DNA from: Deltaproteobacteria bacterium | GTDB lineage: Bacteria > Myxococcota_A > Polyangia > DRWM01 > JAAZOP01 | Assembly: GCA_016218815.1 (NCBI GenBank) | Contig: JACRCX010000117.1 | Coordinates: 35,009 to 99,008, forward strand | Length of the DNA stretch: 64,000 nucleotides | Direction: 5' to 3' | In this document: positions 20,901 to 28,613 of the stretch, one piece after another | Position numbering within the stretch: the first letter of the stretch is position 1 | How the letters are laid out: every line of letters starts with the position of its first letter | Position numbers and translations under genes: made by a program | The notes under the pieces: model-generated | What the model saw: only the letters and a program-made list of their open reading frames with translations | Database searches by the model: none | What the model was told of the DNA's origin: nothing

Positions 20901-21031
20901 ACTGGGACGGCGCCGCGTGGACGCCCTCCACCCCGGGAATGCCCGTCTACTTCTCGGCGCTGGCAGGCGCCGCGGACGGCACCCTCTGGGGGCTCGGAGC
21001 CAACGGGGCCGTGCTTCGCCGCGGTCCGTGA
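17990..21031 (+). CDS. Lipoprotein with an N-terminal Cys-rich CxDxDNDCDG module and about 18 tandem Ycf48/BNR-like beta-propeller repeats
   Basis: Signal/lipobox LLTVLGGLLVTPLGCG, then Cys-rich modules. Repeats of about 40 aa of the form DVWAVGxxGxxxHWDGT(S/G)W occur about 18 times. This matches the photosystem II stability/assembly factor-like (Ycf48-like) repeat pattern. Confidence 0.75.
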   Translation: MNHLLQPVALLTVLGGLLVTPLGCGDDSGGGGDADVAGDATGDGDGDGGGEGGECLAPADCDDDNACTVDRCVGGSCAHDIALDGTPCGSDPCTGGEVCNAGACVPGVPVLDADEDGHLTRVCGGDDCDDSNADVHPGIFEGGGNCADGLDNDCDGVADALDAACSGRVCGGDAWCWENPLPSGLALAAVWPVSATEVWGGGTGVLRWAGGDMTWQALSAGAWTAQLTHMWGSASDDVWAVGNGVWHFDGSTWTQDTTLAFYGIGDVYGTSRTDVWVAGSGVINHWNGTGWRPTLTGSTDTLSAVWAASPTDAWAVGYNGVSMHWDGSGWNRVETGTTSNLIAVWGAAPDDVWASAYGAGEFLHWNGTSWSTVATGFTVVPYGIAGTSPTDVWAVADAGTILHWDGTEWVAVASGVRQSLRAIRANGGQVVIAGDAGLLLRRTASGWERLAPTGPTPTTFSDIWATGAGASLDAWAVGSEGTIARRLSDGSWEAATSPVTQTLTAVAGASPTDVWAVGLAGSAAHWDGTSWTTQTLPGGGTANDVCSNGPGETWAVGASIFHHDGTAWRTEPYPLTAAWTTRVFCTGGDEAWLSTTDVRGDVQVFLHYDGTSWVATGPEALMPNQPSDGWGSSDDDVWAVAYGTGTSTVVHFNGVGWTAMDTDPDVELHGVGGTGPDDVWLVGAAGDVLHWDGTSFTRRDVPTTDDLIRVRALAAGDVIAVGSGGSLERWNGSAWSELVGPIADRPFHDAYVAAADQAWGLNEYEVQVWDGTTWTRDAAASSCGLSHPMAIVGFAADDLWVADDYGDLCHWDGTVWTSHEVAGTSVWNLTDIWGSAPNDIWAQDDDGGMYHWSGSAWVAAGDLGTHNPAVLFGGGPQVWSFVSDFFEDTILAHVWDGSSWVRYSMLAAPVAVGGAGPDDLAALDRTGNLWRWEGLGWAPYGSPTSEDDTVNAAWVFGPDDVWAISRGGPTHWDGAAWTPSTPGMPVYFSALAGAADGTLWGLGANGAVLRRGP

Positions 21032-21032
21032 G

Positions 21033-21130
21033 GGATTTCGCGCAAAGACCGCAAAGAGGCAAAGGACGCCAAGGGGATTTCGCGCAAAGGACGCAAAGGG
21101 ACGCAAGGACCGCAAAGAGAGGACCAAGCG
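21033..21130. repeat. Purine-rich intergenic repeat region (GGGATTTCGCGCAAAG x2; CGCAAAG/GCAAAGG about 7 times), unusually AT-rich for this genome
   Basis: gagggatttcgcgcaaagaccgcaaagaggcaaaggacgccaaggggatttcgcgcaaaggacgcaaagggacgcaaggaccgcaaagagagg, between the Ycf48-like gene and the hydrolase gene. Confidence 0.6.
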
Positions 21131-21148
21131 GGAAGGGGCACGGGGTAG

Positions 21149-22660
21149 GTGAGGGTGAAGAGAATGAGCGGTGACCGTCAGCCCACCTGCGCGTGGGTAT
21201 GGGGCACCGCCATCCTGCTGGCGGCCGGTGCGTGCTCGGACGACCCGGGAGAGCCGGCGGATGCGGCGGACGAACGCTACGATGGGATCCTCGAGGACGG
21301 CTCCGACGACGGGGACGAACCGCTTGACGACGGCACCGGCGAGGGAGAAGACGTCGGCTTCGAGGAGGGGGGCGGGGACGACGGCGGCCCGCCGGAAGAC
21401 ATTCGCACGCTGCTCGGGCGCGTCCCCGGCCTCGACGTCATCGATGCGGGCGGCGCGGGAAGCGTGCGCTTCTTCGATCTGAGATATGACCAGCCGGTCG
21501 ATCACGCGGAACCGGGGCGTGCGACCTTCGGACAGGCGATGACGTTGACCTTCGTGTCGACGGAGGCGTCGACGGTCCTCATGACCGAGGGCTACGCGAA
21601 CATGTGGGGGTTCGAGCGGGCCGAGCTGGCGTTGCTGCTCGACGCCAACCAGCTCGTCGTCGAGCACCGCTTCTTCGGCGCCTCGCGACCGGAGCCGCCG
21701 GACTGGACGAAGCTCGACATCGAGCAGGCGGCCGGCGATCACCACCGCATCGTCGAGGCGCTGCGGCCGATCCTGACGGGGCCATGGGTCTCCACCGGCT
21801 ACAGCAAGGGCGGCATGACCGCGGTCTACCACCGGCGGTTCCATCCGGACGACGTCGTCGGAACGGTGGCCTACGTGGCGCCGATCTCCTTCGGGGCCCC
21901 CGACGCCCGGTACCTCGACTTTGTCGATGCCGCGGGCGAGCCGGATTGCCGCGCGCGCCTCGCCGCCGTCCAGCGCGAGGCGCTCGTGCGCGGCGACGCC
22001 CTGCGCGCGCGGCTGGACCCCTGGAGCTTCGCGCGCCTGGGGGGCGTCGAGCGTGCGTTCGAGTCGGTGGTGCTGGAAGTTCCATTCACGTTCTGGCAGT
22101 ACGCCGGCTACACGTACTGCGGGACGGTGCCCGTCGTCCCCGGCGCGAGCGACGACGCGCTCTTCTCGTTCATCGACCGCATCGTCGGCTTCGATTCCGC
22201 GGGCGACGCCGAGATGGACTGGTTCGCGCCGTACTACTACCAGGCGTGGGAGCAGCTCGGTTTCCCCGACGTGGACCACACGTCTCTGGCCGACCTGCTG
22301 CGCACCGGCGCCCCGTCGCTCGAGGAAGGCGTCCTGCCCGCCGGGGCGCCCGTGCCGGCCTACGACCCCGCCGCCATGATCGGCGTCGCGCGGTGGGTCG
22401 CCGAGGACGGGGCGCGGCTGATTTTCGTCTACGGCCAGTGGGATCCGTGGACCGCCGGCGCATTCGACGTCGGCGCCGCTGTCGACTCCTACCGCTTCGT
22501 CGCCGCCGGCGGCACGCACTCCTCGCAGCTCGCCGACCTCGCCGCCGCCGATCAGGCCGTCGCGCACGACGCCCTGGAGCGCTGGACCGGCGTCCACGTG
22601 CGCTCGCTGCCCAAATCGGCCGTCCCGCCTCCGCGCCTGCCCCGCCACCCGGTTTTTTGA
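21149..22660 (+). CDS. Secreted alpha/beta-hydrolase-fold serine peptidase-like lipoprotein (S28/S37-like)
   Basis: Lipobox AILLAAGACSDD, an acidic linker, and a nucleophile elbow GYSKGG (GxSxG). Overall similarity to the PS-10/S37-type and S28-type secreted peptidases is recalled from memory, not searched. Confidence 0.55.
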   Translation: MRVKRMSGDRQPTCAWVWGTAILLAAGACSDDPGEPADAADERYDGILEDGSDDGDEPLDDGTGEGEDVGFEEGGGDDGGPPEDIRTLLGRVPGLDVIDAGGAGSVRFFDLRYDQPVDHAEPGRATFGQAMTLTFVSTEASTVLMTEGYANMWGFERAELALLLDANQLVVEHRFFGASRPEPPDWTKLDIEQAAGDHHRIVEALRPILTGPWVSTGYSKGGMTAVYHRRFHPDDVVGTVAYVAPISFGAPDARYLDFVDAAGEPDCRARLAAVQREALVRGDALRARLDPWSFARLGGVERAFESVVLEVPFTFWQYAGYTYCGTVPVVPGASDDALFSFIDRIVGFDSAGDAEMDWFAPYYYQAWEQLGFPDVDHTSLADLLRTGAPSLEEGVLPAGAPVPAYDPAAMIGVARWVAEDGARLIFVYGQWDPWTAGAFDVGAAVDSYRFVAAGGTHSSQLADLAAADQAVAHDALERWTGVHVRSLPKSAVPPPRLPRHPVF

Positions 22661-22691
22661 CCCGGCCCCCCGTGTAGGACAAACTCCTACC

Positions 22692-23096
22692 ATGTCGGCC
22701 GCGACAAGACGCCGACCGGAGGACGTGATGGAGACCACCCAGGACCGACGGACGCGCATCAGGGTCCCGCTCGAGGTCGAGCTGTGCGAGCAGGCGCATC
22801 GGGGGGAGGCGCGGGTGCGGACGCGGAACATCTCCGAGCTGGGCTTGTGCTACGAGAACTCGACGCTCGCGCCGCGCCGGGACGGCGACGAGGTCATCCT
22901 CCAGTTCTGCCTGCCGGGCGATCCGCAGCCGATCCAGGTCCTGGGGGTGATCGCCGACGAGCGTTGCTTGGCGCGGACGAGCGCGACGTGCGTTTCGTTC
23001 GTCTGGCCGCGCGCCGCTGATGCGCAGCGCATCCGCGACTACGTCAAGTCGCGCAGTGTCCGCCTGTCCCGCCCCGGTCAGCTCCGCCTGCGCTGA
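22692..23096 (+). CDS. PilZ domain protein (c-di-GMP receptor)
   Basis: RRxxxR-like QDRRTRIRVPL plus NISELGLCY (D/NxSxGG motif). Size about 130 aa. Confidence 0.6.
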   Translation: MSAATRRRPEDVMETTQDRRTRIRVPLEVELCEQAHRGEARVRTRNISELGLCYENSTLAPRRDGDEVILQFCLPGDPQPIQVLGVIADERCLARTSATCVSFVWPRAADAQRIRDYVKSRSVRLSRPGQLRLR

Positions 23097-24589
23097 CGCC
23101 TCCGGCCCGCCAGCACAACAGCGACGAGCAGGGCGAGGAGGCCCGTCGGGGAGCCCCCGGCGGCGCGGCAGTCGCAGCCGGAGCCGCCGGCGATGCCGGG
23201 CGGCGCCTGGTACTCGCAGCGGCCGTCCGCCGTGCACTCGTGCTGGAGCGGGCAGTCGCCGCACGAGCCGCCGCAGCGGTCGTCGCCGCATTGGCGGCCG
23301 TCGCAGTCGGGCGGGCACGGGAGGCAGCCCGCCTCGTCACAGCCCCATTCGCACTCCCGGCATCCCGCGCCGTCCGCGACCAGCACGCACCCTGCCGTCG
23401 GCGCGCAGGTCTCCGACGCCGTCCACCCGCTCCACCCGACGTTGTCCTCCGTGCACTCGCCGCTCATTCCCGTGCAGCGTTTCGGGCCCTCGCGGCGCTC
23501 GATCGTCGCGCCGCAGCGCGCCGAGGTGCACCGTTCCTGGACCACGGTCCCCTCGCCGCACGGCGTGTCGGCCGGAAGGAAGCGGCAGCCGTCGCAGCAC
23601 TCGCCTTCCGCGCAATCGCAGCCGCAGACCGCGCCGCCCACGCAGCGCTCCTCGGTCGCCGTGCACGTCTCGGTGTCGCCGCAGTCCAGCAGGACCTCCC
23701 ACGGCTTCCAGGGCGCCAGCGCTCCGTCGCAGTCCGCGCTCTCGCCGGGGCACATGCGGTCGCGGGTGCGCACCGCCAGGTCCTGGCCGCAGGCGCGTCC
23801 CCACGGGCAGCCGACCTCGCGCTCGATGTCCACGTCGCAGGCGTACTCCGGCGGACGGAACGCCCCCAGCGCGCTGCAGCACGGTCCGGCGGAGCAGTCC
23901 GCGCCGCCCGGGACGCTGGTGACCGCGCAGTGGTTGAAGGCCTCGTCGAAGCCCTTCACGTGCACGGCGTAGTCCCAGGTGTTGTACAGGCGCATCGTGC
24001 GGTCGGCGTCGTCGTAGCCGATCACGAGGACGACGTGGTTGCCGCCGCCCTCCGGGTAATAGCCGTAGTACACCGGCCGCCAGCCGTTGATCTCGGTCAC
24101 CACGTCCTCGCTCCAGTCCAGCCAGTCGTGGTCGTAGAACGCGAACGAGTAGCCCAGGTCCGACGTGTACCCCTCGAGCAGGCCGCGATCCTCGGCGCAG
24201 AAGAACCAGAAGAACAGGCCGCTGCTGCTGCCCTCGCAGGAGTCCCCGCCGAACCGGTCGAACAACGCCTGCGTCACGGCGCGGTAGGCGGCCGGGTCGT
24301 CGGCGTCTCCCCCGGGCAGCAGGCGTTCCCACGGCCCGCCCCCGCCGTGGTCGTAGTCGTCCCAGAAACCCAGGAGCATCCCCATGCTCGTCGCCCAGGC
24401 GGTGCAGTCCGGGCAGGCGTCGTTCCCCGCGCACGAAGGGCAGCACGCGGAGCCCTGCGTGTGCGGCGGCAGGATCCCGGTGATCGTCGTCGAGTCCGCG
24501 TCGCGCAGGAAGCGCGGCGCCGCGCCGGCGGCGGCCGCGACGGACGCGGCCAGCAGCGCGGCGACGACGGCGACCGTTCGGGCCCTCAC
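23078..24589 (-). CDS. Secreted C39-like (papain-fold) peptidase domain + disintegrin-like Cys-rich region + MYXO-CTERM sorting signal
   Basis: GTG start at 24589 with GGAGG upstream and signal VRARTVAVVAALLAASVAAAAGA. Papain-like catalytic His context GGGNHVVLVIGYDDADRTMRLYNTWD. Cys-rich GECCDGCRFLPADTPCGEG is disintegrin-like. C-terminus GSGCDCRAAGG...LLALLVAVVLAGRRRQRRRS is a MYXO-CTERM signal. The upstream 1500 nt of the maximal ORF is Arg-rich artefact. Confidence 0.65.
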   Translation of the reverse strand: MRARTVAVVAALLAASVAAAAGAAPRFLRDADSTTITGILPPHTQGSACCPSCAGNDACPDCTAWATSMGMLLGFWDDYDHGGGGPWERLLPGGDADDPAAYRAVTQALFDRFGGDSCEGSSSGLFFWFFCAEDRGLLEGYTSDLGYSFAFYDHDWLDWSEDVVTEINGWRPVYYGYYPEGGGNHVVLVIGYDDADRTMRLYNTWDYAVHVKGFDEAFNHCAVTSVPGGADCSAGPCCSALGAFRPPEYACDVDIEREVGCPWGRACGQDLAVRTRDRMCPGESADCDGALAPWKPWEVLLDCGDTETCTATEERCVGGAVCGCDCAEGECCDGCRFLPADTPCGEGTVVQERCTSARCGATIERREGPKRCTGMSGECTEDNVGWSGWTASETCAPTAGCVLVADGAGCRECEWGCDEAGCLPCPPDCDGRQCGDDRCGGSCGDCPLQHECTADGRCEYQAPPGIAGGSGCDCRAAGGSPTGLLALLVAVVLAGRRRQRRRS

Positions 24590-25590
24590 GGCGCACCTCC
24601 GTCGAGCGTCCGCGTCCACAGCGCCGCCTGGGCCCGCACGGCCCCCGCGGGCTCGGACGCGTGCCGCACGACGACGCCGGTCCGCCACGCGCGCAGCGCT
24701 TCGGCCGGCTCGAACCGCCAGCCAAGCGACTCCGGCCCGACCGAGCGGCCCGCGTGATGGCTGAAGAGGAACGGTCCCGCAGGCCCATCGTAGGCCACGA
24801 CCTCGACCAGCCCGCCCGCATCCCCGGCCGGGTAGATCGCGACGGGCGCCAGCCGCTCCGCGGGCGGGTCGACCGGCAATCGTTCCGGCGTGAGGAGCCA
24901 GAAGGGCAGACCTCCCAGGCCGTCGCGGATCGGGTGCTGGAACGACCAGGCGGAGACCGCGAGCGTGAAGAAATGCGAGGCGCTGCGGCGGGTCCGTTCG
25001 CGCAGGACCGGCCCGTCCACGCGGCCCGCGGCGCCGATGGCCGTGTCGACGTCGTCCGCGATGCGCCGCGCCTCGGCGACGAGATCCGCGTACGAGCGGC
25101 AGGCGTCCAGATCCGTCAGCACGAACTCGTGGGCGACGACGCGCCCGCCGCCGTCCAGCCAGGGGAGGGCGAGGCAGACGTGCGCCGGTCCCGCCAATTC
25201 GCCGCTCTGGTCCACCCAGCGCACCGCGTAGCGTTCGGCCGTCGCCTCGGGCACGGCGAAGCGTTCGACGACGTCCGGGTCGGCCAGCGCGGCATCCGCG
25301 AGCGCCAGGACGCCGGGGTCGAGGCCGGCGAAGGAAGGTGCGGGAAGAGTTTCGCCCAGAGCCGCAGAGCCGCAGAGGGGCCGACCAGATCCGGTTACGG
25401 GTGAAGTCCCGGCGCGGTCGTCGGCAGGGCCTTCGGGCCTGCAAGCAACGGGCGCGAGGACCAACGCCGCCAGAACGGTCGTGGTGGCCGCGTTCCGGAG
25501 GTGCCGCCGTCCGCGCCGAACGTCGGCGCCTTCGCGTCGGTCCACCGGCGCCTTCTCGAGCTGCCACTTCGATTTCGGATGGAACCGCAC
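24586..25590 (-). CDS. Hypothetical lipoprotein, translationally coupled (GTGA overlap) to the downstream C39-like MYXO-CTERM protein
   Basis: The ORF 24586..25722 has an unbiased composition, unlike the overlapping 1012-aa Arg-rich frame. Candidate starts are GTG 25590 (GGAGGAACGC upstream) or GTG 25545. The n-region RRGRRHLRN is followed by AATTTVLAALVLAPVAC (lipobox). The stop TGA overlaps the next gene's GTG start. Confidence 0.55.
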   Translation of the reverse strand: MRFHPKSKWQLEKAPVDRREGADVRRGRRHLRNAATTTVLAALVLAPVACRPEGPADDRAGTSPVTGSGRPLCGSAALGETLPAPSFAGLDPGVLALADAALADPDVVERFAVPEATAERYAVRWVDQSGELAGPAHVCLALPWLDGGGRVVAHEFVLTDLDACRSYADLVAEARRIADDVDTAIGAAGRVDGPVLRERTRRSASHFFTLAVSAWSFQHPIRDGLGGLPFWLLTPERLPVDPPAERLAPVAIYPAGDAGGLVEVVAYDGPAGPFLFSHHAGRSVGPESLGWRFEPAEALRAWRTGVVVRHASEPAGAVRAQAALWTRTLDGGAP

Positions 25591-25778
25591 GCGTTCCTCC
25601 CGTGCCGTCACGGAAGATACCGGCGGCGAGGCCACCCGGCAAGGGCGTGTACTGCTTGACCGCGAGGAGCATAGCGGCCACGCTTGTGTCGCTCGGGGGC
25701 CCCGCGCAGCGGCCGATGGCACGGGCTTCCGGGCCGCATGGCTCGCGGGCGGGGCGGACGCGGTGGAAGGTGGATGGG

Positions 25779-28037
25779 ATGAGGGTCATTCGTGCGCTCT
25801 TGCGGTGGAACTTCGCGTCCGGCGCCGTCGCCCTGCTCGCGCTGGCGTTCGTCGCGGCCTGCGGCGGCTCGAGCGGCGATGCCGACGCGTTCGACGCGAC
25901 GTCCGACTCGCTCGGCGACGAGCCGATGGACGACGGATGGCCGCAGGACGAGGCGTCGTTGCCGGACGACGCGTCGCCGCCGGACGACGGGCCGGGCGCA
26001 GAGGACGCCACGAGCCCGCCCGACGTGCCCGTCGACACGGCGACGGCGATGCTCGAGATCCACGCCTTGGACCTGTGGGCCCAGCCGCTGGCGGATGACG
26101 CGACGCTCACGGTCACGCTCGGCGGAAGGACCGTGACGACCTCCGGCTTCCCGATCGCCTGGCTGCCGCTGGACTCCGCCGGCCGGTACGGCGTGCGGCT
26201 CGTCGCGCCCGACTTCGAGACGCTGGATGCCTCCTTCGTCTACGACGGCTCGGAGGGCCTCGACGGCGGCTCGGCCTACCTCGACGCCGCCAGCGAGGGG
26301 GCCGGCCTGTCGCTGACGCACGGCACGCGCGAGATCGGCGGCCGGGTGCTCGCCGTGCACACGCTGTTCCTCGGCCTTCGTCACCGGTGGTTCTCCGCCG
26401 AGGCGCGCCCGGCGCGGCGGGGCAACGTCCTGCGGCTGATGATGGACGGCGAGGAGGCCTGGAGCACGATCCACGACGCGATGGCGGCGGCCCGCAGCTC
26501 GATCCTCGCGGCGTCATGGTGGTGGGAGTCGGACTTCGAGATGGTGCGCGACCCGTGGCTGCACCCGTACCTGACCGAGGCCGAGCGGTGGGAGAACACG
26601 ATCCTGGGCACCCTCGCCTGGGACACTCCGGCGACCAAGCGCGTGCTGGTCGGCCAGTTCTGGGGCCAGGACAGCATCCTCTCGTGGATGACCACGGACC
26701 CGGAGCTGCGCGCGTTCGCCGAGGCGTCGGGCGACGGCTTCGAGTTCATGGGACAGGCGAACGAGACGTCGGGGGAGTTCTGGTTCGAGCCGACCCCGTT
26801 CGTGTTCGGCGACCGCGTGCGCACCGCGCACCCCGAGCTCGGCGGCTCGACGTTCGATCCGGAGAGCGAGATCGAATCGCGGCTGCCGCAACGCTGGGTC
26901 GACCTGACGGCCTGGCCGGTCGGTGTCGACGTCATGGCCGCGTCGTACCATCAGAAGTTCTCGGTAATCGACGACCGGCTCGCCTTCGTCGGCGGGATGA
27001 ACTACCAGGAGGTCGACTGGGACACGTCGGAACACCTCGTCTTCGAGGAGCGGCGGGTCCCGTTCGCCACCTCGGTGGCCGATCGCGAGGCGATCGCGGC
27101 GAAGGAGGAGCTGCCGTCCCTGTCCCCGCGCAAGGACTACTTCGTGCGCATCGACGGGCCGCTGGCGCAGGACGTCGCCGACGTGTTCCACGAGCGCTGG
27201 GCGTACAACCGCTCGATGGGCGTCGAGTACTCGGAGAACACCACCGACTTCACGGTGGAGCGGGACATCGATCCGGTCCCGGGCGGTGTTCAGGCGCAGC
27301 TCACGACGACGCTGCCCGATCCGTTCTGGGAGCACGGCATCGCCGAGACCTGGTTCAACGCCGTGGCCAACGCCCAGCGGTTCATCTACATCGAGGACCA
27401 GTATTTCCGCATCCCGCTGCTGGTCGACGCCATCGTCGCCCGCATGGAGGCGGTCCCCGACCTCCGCCTCGTGGTGATCACCGACCCGATCAGCGAGTGG
27501 ACCGATCCGGGCTGCTACTGGACCCGCGTCACCGACGACCGGATGCGCACCCGCTTCCCCGACCGCTACACGATGCTGCAGGTCCGCTCGTTCGACACCG
27601 CCGTCACCTGGGGCATCGACGAGACCGAGGGCTACTTCTCCGACATCTACATCCACGCCAAGATGATGATCGTCGACGACGTGTTCCTCTCGGTCGGCTC
27701 GTGCAACAAGAACAACCGCGGCATCCTCTACGAAGGCGAGATGAGCATCGCGGTGCTCGACCCGGCCTGGGTGCGGGAGGCGCGGCACCGCATCTTCGCC
27801 AACCTGATGCCCGGCGCGGCCGAGACCGACTCGGTCGACGAGTGGTGGACGCAGCTCCACGACTACTCCGTCTGGAACGACTACGTGTACTCCAACTGGG
27901 AGCTGGAAGACTGGGACATCAGCGTCGACGGCGCGCCGCTGCCCGACGAGTACGTGCCCTTCGGCTTCCTCTACACGTTGCCTTTCGGCCCGCCCGACGA
28001 CTGCCTCCTCGAGCCGATCGGCCCCGACGTGGCGTGA
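25779..28037 (+). CDS. Phospholipase D family lipoprotein (two HKD motifs)
   Basis: ATG at 25779 with signal MRVIRALLRWNFASGAVALLALAFVAACGG. HKD motif 1 is HQKFSVIDDRLAFVGGMN and HKD motif 2 is HAKMMIVDDVFLSVGSCNKNNRG. Confidence 0.8.
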   Translation: MRVIRALLRWNFASGAVALLALAFVAACGGSSGDADAFDATSDSLGDEPMDDGWPQDEASLPDDASPPDDGPGAEDATSPPDVPVDTATAMLEIHALDLWAQPLADDATLTVTLGGRTVTTSGFPIAWLPLDSAGRYGVRLVAPDFETLDASFVYDGSEGLDGGSAYLDAASEGAGLSLTHGTREIGGRVLAVHTLFLGLRHRWFSAEARPARRGNVLRLMMDGEEAWSTIHDAMAAARSSILAASWWWESDFEMVRDPWLHPYLTEAERWENTILGTLAWDTPATKRVLVGQFWGQDSILSWMTTDPELRAFAEASGDGFEFMGQANETSGEFWFEPTPFVFGDRVRTAHPELGGSTFDPESEIESRLPQRWVDLTAWPVGVDVMAASYHQKFSVIDDRLAFVGGMNYQEVDWDTSEHLVFEERRVPFATSVADREAIAAKEELPSLSPRKDYFVRIDGPLAQDVADVFHERWAYNRSMGVEYSENTTDFTVERDIDPVPGGVQAQLTTTLPDPFWEHGIAETWFNAVANAQRFIYIEDQYFRIPLLVDAIVARMEAVPDLRLVVITDPISEWTDPGCYWTRVTDDRMRTRFPDRYTMLQVRSFDTAVTWGIDETEGYFSDIYIHAKMMIVDDVFLSVGSCNKNNRGILYEGEMSIAVLDPAWVREARHRIFANLMPGAAETDSVDEWWTQLHDYSVWNDYVYSNWELEDWDISVDGAPLPDEYVPFGFLYTLPFGPPDDCLLEPIGPDVA

Positions 28038-28059
28038 CCGCGGTGTCGCCCCGGCCCCC

Positions 28060-28085
28060 GACCAACAACTCCTGAACCAACGACC
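28060..28085 (+). promoter_or_regulatory. Direct-repeat motif GACCAACAAC-N5-AACCAACGACC, 12 bp upstream of a TTGACA hexamer (YbjN-like gene upstream region)
   Basis: The motif recurs at 29831..29855 and 57680..57694. TTGACA lies at 28098-28103. Confidence 0.45.
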
Positions 28086-28167
28086 CCTCGCCGCCGTTTG
28101 ACATCCCTCCGTGCGTCCTGCCACCATCCCCGGGCGCCGGTCGGGGGGGCCGCACTGGGAGGTGCCG

Positions 28168-28554
28168 ATGCCGACATGGGGTGAGATCCAGGAGTACGCG
28201 CGCAGCAAGTACAAGCTGGCCAAGGACGAGGAGCACTGGTTCTCGCTTGTTTTCGCCTACGACAACGAGCGCCGGCAGCTCGTCCGGATCAAGCACTTCA
28301 AGGCCTTCGACCAGGACTGGCTCGACTTCGCCTCCGCCTGCTGCAAGCAGGACGAGATGTCCCCGGTCGTCGCGCTGAAGAAGAACAACGACTTCGCCGT
28401 CGGTTCCATCTGCCTGGACGGCGACGTCTACGTCTTCAAGTACACCGTCCCGCTCAAGAACCTCGATATTGAGGAGTTCGAGCTGCCCCTGCACGTCGTC
28501 GCTTCGACCGCCGACCAGCTCGAGAGCCAGTTCGCCGCACAGGACAAGTTCTAG
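28168..28554 (+). CDS. Small cytoplasmic YbjN-like (putative sensory transduction regulator / T3SS-chaperone-like fold) protein
   Basis: GGAGGT RBS 5 nt before ATG 28168. The 128-aa protein MPTWGEIQEYARSKYKLAKDEEHWFSLVFAYDNERRQ... has the alternating pattern typical of YbjN (PF10722-like). The family assignment is from memory. Confidence 0.5.
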   Translation: MPTWGEIQEYARSKYKLAKDEEHWFSLVFAYDNERRQLVRIKHFKAFDQDWLDFASACCKQDEMSPVVALKKNNDFAVGSICLDGDVYVFKYTVPLKNLDIEEFELPLHVVASTADQLESQFAAQDKF

Positions 28555-28613
28555 GACGGGCGGCCGAGCGGCCGAGCGGCCGAGCGGTCGCGGGGCCGGG
28601 CGCCCGGGCCGGC

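Noticed and set aside
17621-22831. A 1736-aa minus-strand ORF.
   Set aside because: Low complexity. It is antisense to the Ycf48-like repeat gene and the hydrolase gene.
24590-26116. The upstream 1500 nt of the 1012-aa minus-strand ORF (23078..26116).
   Set aside because: Arg-rich with no signal peptide. A different frame in 24586..25590 encodes a normal-composition lipoprotein. The downstream protein has its own GGAGG + GTG start and signal peptide at 24589.
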